A stretch of 62,000 bases of DNA from Camelus dromedarius. Its lineage: Eukaryota. The notes below the pieces were generated by a model that was not told where the DNA came from, ran no database searches, and worked only from the letters and a program-made list of their open reading frames with translations. The stretch's first letter is position 1. The number at the start of each line of letters is the position of its first letter. Positions 24,791 to 38,616 of the stretch are shown here, piece by piece. The position numbers were made by a program, and so were the translations under genes. The stretch is from assembly GCF_036321535.1 (NCBI RefSeq), contig NC_087438.1:310001-372000 (forward strand). Direction: 5' to 3'.

Positions 24791-27700
24791 AACTGCCCAC
24801 CTGGTGCAGGAGAAGGGGGCTGTCTGCAGGTGCCCAAGGCCACTTGTGATGGTCCCAGAGACACCACAGCCTGGGCATGGGGTGGACACAGAGGCTGCCA
24901 GAGTGAACTACCCCTCTGAGCTGAGCTGGCCGGGGGCTGGTGGGTGGCTGTCTCACCGGAGGGAGAACGTGGTGCTCACAGTGGCTTGGCTGATGAATTT
25001 GCCCAGATGGCCCTGGTAATGGGTGTTCTGCCAGTGGGCCGCGTGCTGCTGCCCACGGCGTTGCTCCTTCCCTGGCACAGACCTGCTCAGCTCAGCCTAG
25101 AGCCCCCCCTCCGCTCAGTTCACGGCATCGTCACACCAGAGCCTGGAGTCCCCAGCGAGAGAAGCAAGGGGGCTGAGAGGGAGGGCCTGGTAGTGATGCA
25201 GGTGGCGGGCTGGGGTGACCGGGAACCCTGATGAGTCCTTGACCAGCCGGCAGAGCCCGGCACCCAGCAGTTTTCAAGGCACATGCCAAGAACTTAGCTG
25301 GGACCCCACTCAGCCTCATCCATCCTGCAGACAAGGTCACCTCTGGATGCCTCAGGCCTCCTGCACAGGTGTGCTGGGACGTGGGAATGGCTTCTTTGGG
25401 GAGAAGGCCTCTCTATTCCCGGTGGGCTGGCCAGGACGCAACTCAATTTTTTGCTGGAGGGCCTGGCAGCTTTTCCATTAATGCCCCAGGGCCCCAGGTC
25501 TGCCATGTCCGCATGTGCCGCAGCCACGGCGTGGGTGGCTGGGCGGCGTGTGCGTGCTCGGAGGCCTTCTCCAGGTTGTTCCCAGAGCCCGGCCGTGGAG
25601 CTTGTGGAGACGAGGCGGCCAGCACCAGAGTCCTTATCAGGTGGGCACAGCCCCCAGCGTGTCTCCCAAGCAGACACCATCCGCCTGCCCACAGGACAGG
25701 AGACAAAGGCAGGGCAGGGTGGGAGACTGACTCACCAAGCACGTTTGTGTGGAAGGCTGTCCTGGAGACCAGGACCAGACGTTTGCAAGAAAGCTGTGTG
25801 AGTGCACGTGTGTCCTGACAGCCAGGACAGTGATCTGAATACACATGTTTGAGCAGCTCTCAGAATAGTCCACGGAGTATCCTCGGACAGAGTGTGTGCT
25901 CCCTTCCCTGACATGTCAGCTCGACGGAGAGGAGCTGTGCCTGGAGCGTCGCCTGGGGGATGCCTGCCTGTTGATACACAGGCGAGGCACAGGGAGGGGA
26001 GGGGATGGCGTGTCAGGAGGTGCCCTGACTCGCTCCCCAGAAGTGCCCCTCTGGGTCCCTGGGAGGCCGGCGCCCCACCCCCGGCCCTGCCCTGCCTGGG
26101 GAAGGATCATTTTGGGGACCAGCATGTGTGAGCACTTAGTCACCAGCCCCACGTCCCGCCGGCAGCTGGGCCCATAAACAGGCAGGACACGGGCACTGGA
26201 CTCGGGCCGGGCCGGGCCGGGAGGGGAGCCCAGTTTATGACGCACCACATTACTGCCTTAACCCCCGAAACGCGTGTGTTCTGCCCTGCCCTGCCCGCCA
26301 CCTGAGCCAGCAGGAAAGGAACTGCCCAACCCCGGATGGTGACTTTTCAGCCACTGGCTCCCTGACCTTGCGTACAGGGCTGCTGTCCATGAGCCACGGA
26401 GGGAGAGCACACGGACACGGGAATGCCTGGGCTCCCCTGGGTGGCCTAGGTGACCTGAGCAACCAGCCCCTGGTTAGCACTGCAGCCTGTGGCAGTGAGA
26501 ACAGAAAACCTGGAACTTTCAGTGGAGACGGGCACTGAGGCATCACCCCAGAGCCTCCCAAGAGCGGTGCAAACATCTGTCAAGCACCAGGGGTCCCGGA
26601 CGGTGCCGGGGATTCCCCGTGGTCTGCGCCCTCTCCTCAGGCCCCCTCCTGACCTTGGGGCTGCTCACAATGAGAGAAGGTTCTTATCAAGTGTTTTCCT
26701 TCCTTCTCATTACATCCTTATCAAACAATAGCGCTGGTGCTGGCGAGATACCCATGGAGGTGCAGAATTACATATTAACTCGTGCTAACTAATGTTTATG
26801 GCAGAGGGTGCCTTGGACCACCGTCCATAACAGGACAGCAGCTCCAAGCAGAGGTGGCCGCCAGGCACTCCAGCCTCAGGCCGCAGGGCTGGGTCGGCTA
26901 GGGCAGCTGCGTGCCCACAGCAACCCCCGTCTGGCTGGCACGGCCCGGCCCGGCCCTCTGCTCCCCCACATGGGGAGCGGCCCTGGACACCCTTGGCCCC
27001 CCTCTGAGCGCAGCAGGGGTGGCGGAGCAGGGCGTGCCCTCTCTGAGCCTGTCTGCGGGCTCACCCCAAAGGCTCATCTCCCCTGAGTGCAGCGGGAGAA
27101 GCAGCCCCAGCCCAGGCCTGGGCTCCGGGTCATGTCCCCGTGTCCCTGAGGCGCCCCTCCTGCGTGGTCCCCTCCCCTCCAGCCCTAGCAGCCTGCTCTT
27201 CCCTCATGCGGGAGTCTCCAGAGATCAGCTTGACCTCTGCACCTTCCCTTTTCTCCTTGTCCTGCTGCCCCTGCCCCTGAATGGGCTCCTCCAGAGTCCC
27301 CTCCCCCCCTTCCCACCACCTGCTTGGAGCCAATTCAGATGGCGTTTCATCCACAGTGACAACAACAGCGTCCGTGCGCACGGGGCGCGGCGCGTGTGGG
27401 CCTCACCTCCAGCAACAGGCCCCGCGCTTGGAGCTTCTTTTGGGAGGAGTTTGCCTAGGGGGCCCTGTCCCCGCAGGGCTGCCTGACCTGTGCCCGGCCA
27501 AGCACCCGAGCTCAGGGAGCGCACCCGCTGGGCGGCAGACAATGTGCACAAGTTCCCGCTCAGGACTGTCTTGTGGCCCCCAGACCCCAGGCCAGGTGTG
27601 AAGGCGAGGGCGCCCAGCGGTGACCAGAACCCGGATGGCCTCCTGCGTCCCCAGGGGCCTGTGTGCGGTGGGGTCAGATGAGGAGACCGGCTCCAGCTGG

Positions 27701-29149
27701 GGGCCGTAAAGGGAGGGCCCGCTGAGGGTGGGTGTAGGGGGTGCAGTGGTCAGGGTGAGGTTGGAGGAGGCTCAGGCTGGGGCATCCCTGCCTGAGAATC
27801 AGCTGGTCAGTGAGACCCCAGGGTCTGGGCTGCCCTGGGTGGAGGGTGGTGCACAGGGGCCCTCAAACCACCCCTGCGCCAGGCGCATGGCCAGATCCAG
27901 TAGGACTCACTGCCTCTGGGCCCTCTGTCTTTCTGTCTGTCTGTCTAGCTGCTCTCAGCTCCCCGCTTCCACGGCCCTCACCCCTGTCCCTCTCTAGTGG
28001 AGCTACAAGAGAAGGTGGGGCCTGGGAGGGCCTCGGGGGTGGGGCAGGGGGGCCTGGCGCATTGGTGGTCCTCACTTGAGGCCCCAGTTCAGCTTCAGGC
28101 TGATTGAACTTGGGGTGAGTTGTAGGAGATCATGGTGCATTGGTGGAGTTGCAGCCATGCCTCATTTGGGGTTCAAGTGGAAGAGCAGGGTGCCAGGCCC
28201 CCCACAAGGGCCTGGGTCCCAGGTCCCAGGAGAGGACCAGGGCCAGCCCGGCTCCCCACTTCTGGGCTGCAGGACAGGCCACTGGCTGAGCTCTGCCCCA
28301 TGCTTCTAGGATGAGATGGTTGTTAGTACAAGTGACACCCAGCAGCCCCCAGTCTGCCCACCTCTTTAGCCAGGCCGGGTGCACAGGCCAGGTTTCCAAG
28401 GCAGGTGCCATCTGGCTGTGGGCAGGCAAGGCCGACACCTTAAACCTGTGGCTTTCCCACCGTGACCACAGACACCTCTCTTGAAAAGCCCAGCTTGAGT
28501 TTCACCAAGCACGGTCTGGGCTCCAAGGTGCCCCTTCCCCCCATCCCCCAGGACCCCTCCAGGATCCTGCTGGAGTTTGAGCAGCACCAGATTCACCCAG
28601 GTCTTCTTCTCTGCGGAGGGTAATCTGCATTTCAACAAGGAAGCGAGACACCTTGGTGGATGCACAGCCCTAAGGTTGGAGTGTCCCCCAGGCCCTTGAA
28701 GCCACATTTAGTCCCTCCCTGAAGCTCCAGGACCCAGAGCAGGAGGAGGCAGCAGCTGCGCCCAAAAGCACGGCCGGCAGTGCTGCATGGAGAGGGCTCT
28801 CGTTCCCGACAGAGACCCCCTCGGATCATGACCCTGCCTGGCGGCCCCGGGCTCTGGCCCCAGTGACTTCTGCAGCAGCCACTCACCCAGTGACCTTACT
28901 CAGGAAGGGGGCCTGGGGCAGGGGACAGTCTGACAGTCAGATTTGGCTTCAAAGCAAAATTTGTATTCATTCCCCAGGAAATCCCTGCCAATCACTGACT
29001 TGCTCAAGGAAATGCTCAGATGGTTCAGTTTTTCCAGCCCACACTCTGAAGGAGAGTGGTCATGTGCTGTGGCTGGGGAGGTGGTGGCCAAGCGGTGTTG
29101 GCTGGGCGTTACAGCAACCAGGTACAAGCTACATAAGGACTGGGACAAA

Positions 29150-30790
29150 ACGATTCTAAATTTCACACAGGGAGGAGACAAAAGACCCAGGCCACTGGAC
29201 ACAACACTGGGGGAGAGGAACAGACCTGGAGGACTGACACTGCCCGGCCTCAGGATTGACTGGAGCCACAGCAGTGGGGCCAGGGCGGTGCCGGTGAGAG
29301 AACAGACGGGCACAGCGGGACGGAACAGAGAGCCCAGAAGCAGCCCTCTAAGCGCGGACCACTGACCTCCGGCAGAGGAGCGAAGGCGACGCCGCGGGGC
29401 AGGGACGGTCCTCCCAGCATGCGGTGCTGGAGGAGCTCACGTCCACGTGCCGGAGACGAACGGAGACTCAGACCTCACCCCCGTCCCCCCAGACAACTCA
29501 AAGCGGATCACGGGCCTCAGTGTGAAACGTGGAACTATGAACCTCCCAGAAGACACGATGGGAGAAAGCCGTGGTGGCCCTGGGTCTGGTGGTGAGTTTT
29601 CAGGCACGACACGCAGACAGGATCCCTGTCGTGATAAGAGTTAATCGGCCAGACTTCATTAAAATTAAAAACATCTACTGTGCAAAATACGGTTCCAAGA
29701 AATGAGAAAACAAGCCGCAGACTGGGAGAACGTTCGCAGAAGACACATCTGGAGAAGGACAGGCATCCAGAATACACAAAGAGCTCTTAAAACTCAGCGT
29801 TTAGGTAGCAACCCAGTTTAAACAACGGACCTAAGATCATAACAGGCCTCTCACTAAAGAAGACAAACAGACTCCAACAAGCATGGAAACACGCTCCACT
29901 TCACGTGTCCTCAGGGAAACGCAAACGGGAACAACCATGTGATGCCAGAGCGCACCGTCCGCGCGGCTGCAGCCGGGGTGACGAGCAGTCGGAGCCCCGC
30001 TTGTGGTCGCAGGGGGTGCCCTGGCACAGCTGCCTTGGAAGACAGTCTGGTGGTGTCCCACAAAGCTAAACGTCCTCTTTGCATCCGATCCAGCAGTCAC
30101 ATCACGGCACTTGGGACTTACCCAGAGGAGCAGAAAACAGGTCCACACAAAGACCTGCTCACAGGCATCTACGGCAGCTTCATTTTACAACTGCCAAAAC
30201 CTGGAAGCTCCCGAGGTGCTCCTCAGCAGGTGAACGCATAAACTGTGGTCCATCCAGACAATGGAATATTATTTGGCTCTTAAAAGAAATGCGCTTCCAA
30301 GCCCCAAGAAGACATGGAGGAACCTTAAACGCATGACGCTAAGTGAAGGAAGCCCATCTGAAAAGGCTGCATCCTGTGTGATTCCACCCTCTCGACCTTC
30401 TGGAAAAGGGAGACTGCCGAGAGGTAAACAGCAGTGGTTGCTAAAGGCTGGGTGGGAGGGGGCAAGCAGGGGGAGCACAGGGGAATTTGCGGGCAGTGAC
30501 ACTACCCTGAGCGACACTACAATGGTGGATACACGTTCCTGCACTTTTGTCCAGACCCACAGAATGTACAACACCGAGTGAACCTGATGTGGACTGGGCT
30601 CTGGGTGGTGATGGTGAGTCCATGCAGGCTCCTCCGTCGTAACCAAGTCCCTTCTGGTGGGGAGGCTGATGGCTGGGGGGCTGGGCAGGTGGGGTCACAG
30701 GATGTGGGTACCTCTGCACCTTCCTTTCAATTTTTCTCTGAACCTACAACTGCTCTAGAAAAATAAAATCTTGTAAAAATAGGAAGAGAA
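29150..30790 (+). mobile_element. L1 ORF2 C-terminal remnant plus L1MC-like 3' UTR
   Basis: attctaaatttcaca..cctggaggactgacactgcc; gacttcattaaaattaaaaac; ORF MEYYLALKRN; 3' end ctgaacctacaactgctctagaaaaataaa. Confidence 0.85.
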
Positions 30791-33700
30791 AACAAAAAGC
30801 ATGTTGGGTGGAACAATGGAATTTAGTCAGTCCACAAGGATGAGCAGGACTTGGCGATGGTTCAGGTGGCCTGAGAGCATGCCACTGGAGGGTCGTGACC
30901 TTGGCTGGTGACCCCTTCCTGGTCCAGTCCAGGCCCTTGGCCTGCGGGAGGCCAAGCCAGCCCTTTAGAAGGTGGGCAGGTCATCAGCCCCCTGCTGCCC
31001 CTGGAGAAATGGAAGCCCCCTGAGACCTGGCCCTGCACCCACCTCTCCCCCCACTTCCAGCCTCTGTGGGAGCCGCCCTCCCTCCAAAGCCTGTCCTCAC
31101 TGTCGCTGAGCTGTTCCCACCCGCAGCCTTGAAGACAGCCCCCTCCCTGCACCACTTACGTTTTGTAGCATCTGTCTCCCCGCACTCGGACCCGAGTCAG
31201 TGCTGGTCCCCTGGTGCCTACAAGGGGCCTTGCCTGTGGAGGGACACACCAGCACACGAGGCACAAGGCAGGGATGGTGAGGAGTGGATGATGGAGGGCA
31301 CGGCGCCTGCCCACTGCTGCAGTCCCGAGGGAGTCCTGGTCTGCGCCAGCTGCGTGGACGGTGTGGACATGGTATCAGAAGCCAGCTCTGCTTGGTTTCG
31401 CAAGATCATTCAGGGATGAGGATGCTTCGAGTTTTCTTTATTAGGAAGACCCTGTGCCGATTGCTCAGATGGCCCAGGTGGGTGATGCCTTTGCGCCTTC
31501 TGCAAACACAGTCACGATGGGGGGCTGGAAGGCAGCCAGGAGGCAGGGGCGGAGAAGCGGTGAAGGGCCCTCTCAACAGGACATCCAGCAGCTCTGGGTC
31601 CTGGGGGGCTTTGCTCCCTGGGCCTCACGCCCTTCTCTGGGGACAGTCACCAGGGCCTTGTCACCATCAGACATCAGAGTGAGTGTGGTCAGGAGCTTGG
31701 TGGACCGAGGACCTCAGCAGGGCCACACTTGTTGGGCTCACTGGGCTTCTGGGGCAGGCAGGGAGTGTGGGTCGGAGGGTCTGGGGTAGCGGCTGGTGAT
31801 GACTGCCCCCGAGAACACCACCGGCCTGGACACACGTCACATGCCTGCTCGGAGGAGCCCCAGAGTGTCCGCCCTGTGCACGCCCAGCTGTTAGCCTTGT
31901 GTGGTTTTACGACACCCTAATCAGCAAAGGAGAAATGATTAACTGTCAGGAGCAATTAATGGGACTGGACGTCCTGCCATTTGAACACAGGGAGCTGCTG
32001 GACAGGAATGTGTCAAAGAACAGGACTGTCCCACTGGGCGGCTTCTGATGGCCAGGCAGGGCTCCTGCCTGGATATCGAGGGCCGGAAATCATTTTATGA
32101 TCAAGTTACCTTTAGCCAACCTCACTCTTGAGAAGGCGAAGGGTCAGTGCCGGAAGCAAACACACTTCTGGCCAAGCACAGGCCCAAGGCGCTGGCCGAG
32201 AGCCGTGGGAGAGGCTGGCGCCTGGGATTCCTCACCCTGTGTGATTTTTACGCTTCACAATTGTCTGAGCAGAGTGGGGAGGGCGGTGGGGTTTGCGGCT
32301 GCTCTGATCAGACACTGGGGTCTCCGGAACGCAGAGCCTGGCTCAGCCATGTGCCGGTCCTCTCCCCGGGAGGTGCCTCCCCGTCTTAGCTGCTGAGGGG
32401 CCTCTGAGCAGAGCCAGAGCTGTTCCTCAGGAAGGCTTGAGGCAGCCCACGGCCACCCAAGGGTGCCTTCTGCCTGCCCTCTGGGCCCGTCCAACCCCCT
32501 CACCTTGTCAAGGGCACAGGGACAGGGGATCCTCGGGGCTGCTGCCTCCCCACCCCTCTCAAGGCTTCAAGCCCCCACCCCCAGCACAGAAGAGTCCACA
32601 GAATCAGCCCTGGACACCGAGGGGCACAGGGTCAGGACTTCGGTTCCTCTCATTCCTGCAGGCTCAGCCTGTGCACCTTTGGCAGCGCTGGGAGGGTTCT
32701 GGGAAGGTGGTGAAGGAAAGTGACTTTGTCTGTCCTGCGAAGGCCAGAGCAGCTGCCAGGCGCTTATCCGGGAAAGCCAGCCCCGTGGTCATGACTGCCA
32801 TTTTGTGACCCCGCCCTCGACCTTGGGGAGTCCACACTGGGCTTTTCCATGGTAAGTTGCTGCGGGACCTTGAGGCAGGGGCTGGCCTGTGGGGTCTGCC
32901 CTGTACCTCGGTGAGGCCTTGCTCTGGGCTGGGACAGCACATACTCAGGGCTTTGAGACAATGGGTGAGTGGGCCCGGGACATGGCCCCTCCTGCCAACA
33001 AAGTCCCCGGAGTTAAAGGTGTGGACTCTGTGACACCTCATTACGCCTGCGCTAGGTAGGCCTGCCCATCTGACTCCCTGCTTCAGAGGCAGGGGAGCTG
33101 TCTCCATAGCCCAACGCGAGGCCCTGATGCTCAGGAACTGGGTTCCCACCCGCCGCTGCCTCCTGCCCACTCTCGTTAAACTTATGGACCCATCCTGGAG
33201 AATCCCCCAGGCAGGACAGAGGGCCTAGCATGGGCCCCAGGAGCAGAGCGGGTGCTCCAGAGGCTCTGAGGAGCAGGAGGGGCCCGCCAGACCGGGGGTC
33301 TCCCGCCTGCCGCCCTGAGCCTGGCTGAGTGAGTACTGTTCCATGGCCACCCTGGCCCAGCCCCCAGGACCCGCTGAGCTGGGGAGGGGGAGCTTTGCCT
33401 TCAAGCGGACCAGACATCAGAGGCACTGAAATGGGGGCCCAGCCACCTAGAAGAACTGTTCTCAGCACCCTGGTCGGCCTTGGCATCCCCAGCTCAGCTG
33501 CAACACACTGGGCACAGGGGGCTCCCAGTCAAGCCATCACACAGCCCAGGGGTGCAGTCAGGGGCCCAGGGTCAAGGCTGTTCACATCTGGCACCAGCAA
33601 AGGGGGTGAGTCTGAGTCTGGCCCACAGGGGTCTGGACTCAGAAGCAGGTGCCATCAGGCAAGCCGCTGGGAGAAGGGCTGGCTAGGCCGTTGTGGGGTC

Positions 33701-34884
33701 AGTGGGTTGGGGAGCTGCTTCCCCAGGCTGGCCCCGTCCCCAGACCACAGGGGCAGGCTGGCCTTCTGGGAGGGACCCCGTGGGTGCAGCTTGTCAGGGA
33801 GGCTGCACATGTTGGGGGCAGTCCCCATCCGCAGGTGGCTGGCCAGGGTCAGCAGACAGAGAGATCCGGTCAGGACAAGGCTCCTGCAATGCTCGTGCCA
33901 AAGGGCTCTTTGCTCTGCTCCCCTGAGGCTCAGGCCAGATGGAGAAGGCCCCAGCCCTGCCCAGATCTGCACTGGAGCCAAGTGCTGGCCCCTCAGCCAT
34001 TGTGCTGGGGCTGGCGTCCTGCCCCTTGGGAGACCTGAGCCCAGGGAACACCCTCCCCAAATACCACGCTGGGCAGCTGTGAAGGACAAATGACCCAGTA
34101 CCTCTGGGCTGTGGTGTGTGGGTAGCGCCGGGTTGGCCAAGGCCGGCAGATGAGCCCAGCTTTTGCCCGAACAGGCCGGATCTCGCCAGGCAGCGGACCT
34201 CATGGCCTCGCCGTTTCCGCAGGTGCCACACCGCTCCAGGGTCCTTTCACAGAAAGTGCACAGTGAATCATTTCCCACTCATGTCAGTGAATAAATATCC
34301 CTTCTGTGCCAAGTTTACTCCTGCCATAGTAGTAAGCCTGGTGTTTGGACTGGGCACACTGTATGGAGATACTTCCTCACCAGAAAGGGGAGGGAGCTTT
34401 TGATCCGTGCTGGGGGCAGTGGTGGGGGGGCACAGCGTGGGCAGCTCTTCCCGGGGGACAGGCAGGGGTGGGCCTGAAGGGCCAGTGTGCACATGGACAC
34501 ACACTCAGGTCCGTGCCACACGTCTCACGGGCGGCCTAAGCTGGGCCGATGAAACACATGACCGTTTGTCCACATGGTGGGTGTTACGCTGCCTTCACAA
34601 TTTCAGAGAATTTTAGTGACGTGGGAAACAGTTCCCTATGTGGTGTTAGGAGAGAAGGACATCGAGCCCCTCGCAGGTGCCGTGTGACGGTGACTACAGA
34701 GGCCAGGGAGCGTCACACCTGGACGCTGACTGCGCGGAAACGCAGCGAGGTCCCCACGGTGCTCTAGGCAGCAGGGCTTGGGCGGTTTGACTTCATTAAC
34801 CTTTACTTTTCCACAGCTGCCAATCTTTTTACAGTGAACACACGGGGCTTACAAACAAGTAGAAAAGTTATTGTTAAAAGTGGC

Positions 34885-35940
34885 TGTGGCCTCCCTTCCA
34901 GCTAAGATGGAGTAACGGGCACCAGAGCACAAACAACACAGAAATAATATATGAAACGAAGGTTTTCAAGACATTGGACATCCGGCAGCAGAGAAAAGGG
35001 ATTTCTGAGCTGTGGGAAACAAGTCACGATGCATCTGGGACTTGTGAGTTGTGTAGGGCGGGTGCGTGTGAGGGCGGCGTGGGGCCACGCACCTGTGCGG
35101 GCCGTCGTTGGTGTCGTATCAGCGGGAGGCAGAGGGTGGTAAACAAAGGTGTCGATCGCAAGCCCCAAAGCAACCAGGAAAACACAGCAAACACAGCGAC
35201 TCTCAGCCAAGAACCAACAAAGAGGATTATTATTATTTCCTACAGAATGATTTAACAAATGCAATCTGGAAGGAAAAGGGAAGAGAGGAAAAGAGAACAG
35301 ATGGGGCAAGTAGGAAGCGAATGGGGAGGTGGTGGGTTTGTCATTGTTTAGCCATCGTGCCAAATGTAAGTGGTCCAAATGCCCCGATTAGGCACGCCAA
35401 GACACAAATACACAATTCCCACAGGAAACCCACCTGCAATTAAAGCCATGACTACACTAAAAATGCCTGGAGAAAATGAAGCATGCCAAGCCCAAACGAA
35501 GGCAGCTGGAGAGACGAAGTCAACGTCCAGACAGAAGCAACGCAGACGGCACGTGCAGCTGGGCACGTGCAGCAGGGGCATCCAGACGGTGCACACACTG
35601 CCAGCGGTGAGAGGGGTGAGCCCTTAACACATGCAAAAATGTCCACGAGTCTCAAGATAACCATTCTGAGTGAAATAAGTCAGACCAAAGGTAAGAAAAG
35701 TAAGTGCTGTTTTATTACGTTTTTAAAAGTTGCAGAAAATGCCTCCTAGTCAATCTTGGTGGCAGAGAGCTGGTCAGAACTTGCCCGGAGACTCGGGGGA
35801 TGTGGACTGGGAGGGGTGGAGGGAGCGATCGCAGGGGGCCCGGGAGTCTTTGGGGTGAGGGAGATGCTCCTTATCTTGTTTGTGGTGGTGGTTTCTTGAG
35901 TGTAGACTCTTGTCAAAATGGATCGAAGTGATGTTGGTCT
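34885..35940 (+). mobile_element. Mosaic of old L1 fragments (5'-end-like, EN start, 3' UTR)
   Basis: cttccagctaagatggagtaac; aatgtaagtggtccaaatgccccgatt; tctgagtgaaataagtcagacc; atcttgtttgtggtggtggtt. Confidence 0.6.
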
Positions 35941-36420
35941 GAGTGGCTCCATCCTGTTGCCTCAGCAGAATCGGTGATTGTTCTGCTCTGGAGCAAGGCC
36001 CAGACTTGGTGAGAAGCAGAACCGGGGACCCAGGCATGAGCAGATGGAGGAGGGTCTGCCCCAGGGCGGGGGAGGGACGCTTGCACTGGACTCTGCAGGG
36101 GCATGTGGGGCCACACCTCGGAAGCAGGGACTTGTCGGGGTGCAGGGGGACCTCTGTAGTCGTTGGTGGCAAGGAGCATCAGAGAGAAGCAAGAGCCGCC
36201 CTTCTAGGCGTCTTTCTTGGTGGATCCTTCAGGCAGTCTCTGCCCAGGATCCATCTCACAGACTGAACTCCGGTATCTGTCACACACACCCACGGGAGAC
36301 GCCAGGAATCAGGCAACCTGAGAGCGGTCAACCCCAGTCCTGTTGCTGCCAGTGTCTCCTCCCCAGTTTGGAGTTTCGAATGCCAGTCGCCCAACACTTC
36401 CTTCTAAGAAAGCCTTAAGA

Positions 36421-36474
36421 CCACGAGGGCCACGAGGACCACGAGGGCCACGAGGGCCACGAGGGCCGCGAGGG
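36421..36474. repeat. 9-bp tandem repeat (CCACGAGGG)x6
   Basis: Six units read directly, two with a single substitution. Confidence 0.95.
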
Positions 36475-37553
36475 GCGCTCCCGCAGCCGCGTTCGCTGCT
36501 GGTCAGGTTTCCCTGCTGGTTGCCATAGCCTGTTTATGACGAGGGAAATAAACGCACCATCACCTTTCACCAAACCACCCGGCTACTTGTTTAGGGTGCA
36601 CACCCCATCAGCTTCCCAGAGGAACTTCGGGCCAGCTGTAAAATTATGCTCAATGCAGAGCAAGACTGCTATAAATAGAAAACACGCAGAGGTCTCCGGC
36701 GCCGGGAGGGGTCCCACGAGAGGCGCCCAGGCGAGCACAGAGGCTGCCGGCGTCCTCCCTGGCGACCTTCCCAGGGTTGCTTAACTTTATGATTCCTTAT
36801 CCACAGCCCTCCTCACGTTGCTGTCCTGTGAACGATCCGGGTGAGCACCTGGCAGCCAGCTCGCCAGGGCCCTCCCGGGGCCCTTCCCAGAGGAGCCACG
36901 GCCCCACTCCCCAGCTGGGGAAGCTCGGGGCCCCGCCTTAAGCTAGGTGGCAGTCCTCATCCAGCGATGGTCACTAAGAACTTGCAGCCATGGGCCCACA
37001 AGCTCCCTATGTACCTCTGCCCCTGGGCCTGACCAGGGGCCCTGCCACACAGTAAGTCCTGTCCCTCCCCTCTCTGGAGGCCCACACCCAGCTCCTTTCT
37101 GAGAAGAAACCAGCCTGGCCACCAGGCCTAAGTCCTGAGCACAACAAAATGCAGACGTACGTCCACGCTGGACCGAATGAAGGGTGACCCAGCTGTTCTG
37201 TTCTGCGGGCATTTCCTAGATAAAACATCTGGTATAGAGATAAGAACACAGCCACCAATGTTTGTAGGGAAAAAATAGGCAGAAAATGGACATGAACAGC
37301 AGGGCGCTCACTGCCTGCTGGGCAGTCGTGATGCCGGGCCTCGGGCTGTCCCTGGGAGGTATCTTTTCTCTCCAAGGTTCCTGGGCCAGCGGGGGTGTGG
37401 GCAAGATGTGGGGTCAGGCAGAGGGAGGCGTGGACCCTCAGGGGCCTGACAGGAAGGACTCGGAGGTGGGACCAGCACAGGTTTTGAGTTCCAGGCCACA
37501 TGGGCCCACGTCCTGCAGCGCCAGGATGGCTGTGCGCCGAGGACACTTTACTT

Positions 37554-37598
37554 CTGTCACCTCCACCCCAGCTGTCACCTCCACCCCAGCTGTCACCT
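37554..37598. repeat. 18-bp tandem repeat (CTGTCACCTCCACCCCAG)x2.5
   Basis: Read directly. Confidence 0.9.
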
Positions 37599-38616
37599 GT
37601 TACCGAGGCTTGGGGGCCAGGCCCACAGGACAGATGATGAGGACTGCTGCAGGAAGTTCTCGCCCGGGGGCTGCCTGTGTCCGTGTTTGCTGGCCCCCCG
37701 GCGGGTGAAGAGACCAGCAGACCTTCCTCCTCCTGTTTGTTATGGAGGCGCACCTGTTAGTGAGGGCGTAAAGCTGTTGGAAGTGGAGTGTGGAGGGCGT
37801 CCCGTTCTGGAAGGTAAGGTGCAGCCTCTTGACTGCCTTGCCGTGGACCTCGGGAGTCTCTCTTCTCTGTGACTGAATTGGAGAAGGGTGGGAAGATTTG
37901 GGATTCTGGAGACTAGTGCTGCCCTGGGAAGCCTGGCTTTTGTGTTCCTGGAACTGTTTCCATGGGAGAGGCCAACAGAGGGAGGGCAGAGCGTCAGCTG
38001 GGGCCGAGACTCTCAGCAGCAACACCCGGGCCTCCTCCTCCTGTGGGGAGGGGGAGTCTGCCCCCTCCCCACAGGGATGGTGCTGTATTGTCACAGACCT
38101 CCTGCTGCCCCACTGAGGAGGGGATGGTGGCCCCCGTGGCAGCTTCCAGGGCCCTGCCGTCTCCAGGAACTTCTCCTGGCGGGGGAGGTTCTCAGGTGTG
38201 CTCACTGGATTCTGACCTCCCACCCTTAATTCTGATTAAGTATAAAAACCTTGTGAGAATAAACAAAATGAGCACGTCCACTCCCAAGATACAGGAAAGT
38301 GATCAGGATGGCAACGTGCCTGCTGTGCAGTGGGTTGAAAAGGAGAGGAGGAACGAGCAAGGGAGGGGACCTGGGCGGCGGGCGGCCCCAGCAGCCACCT
38401 GCTGGACAGCCCTGCTTCCCTGGGCAGAGGCAGAGGCCGAGGGCAAGGCTGGCCAGGAGGAGCAGCAGGATTCTGGACAACGCCCAGTGGCTATGGCCTG
38501 GCTGGGATGCCAGACCAGCACCAAAGCTGTTGAAGCCCCTCTTGACAAACAGCTCTGCTGGAGGAAAGGGGCAGGACTTGATGAATCCATGATCATTTCC
38601 TCCCCTGTCCAAACTC

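Noticed and set aside
36343..36528. Collagen-like (PRG)n peptide
   Set aside because: Product of a 9-bp DNA repeat with no synonymous divergence pattern or exon context.
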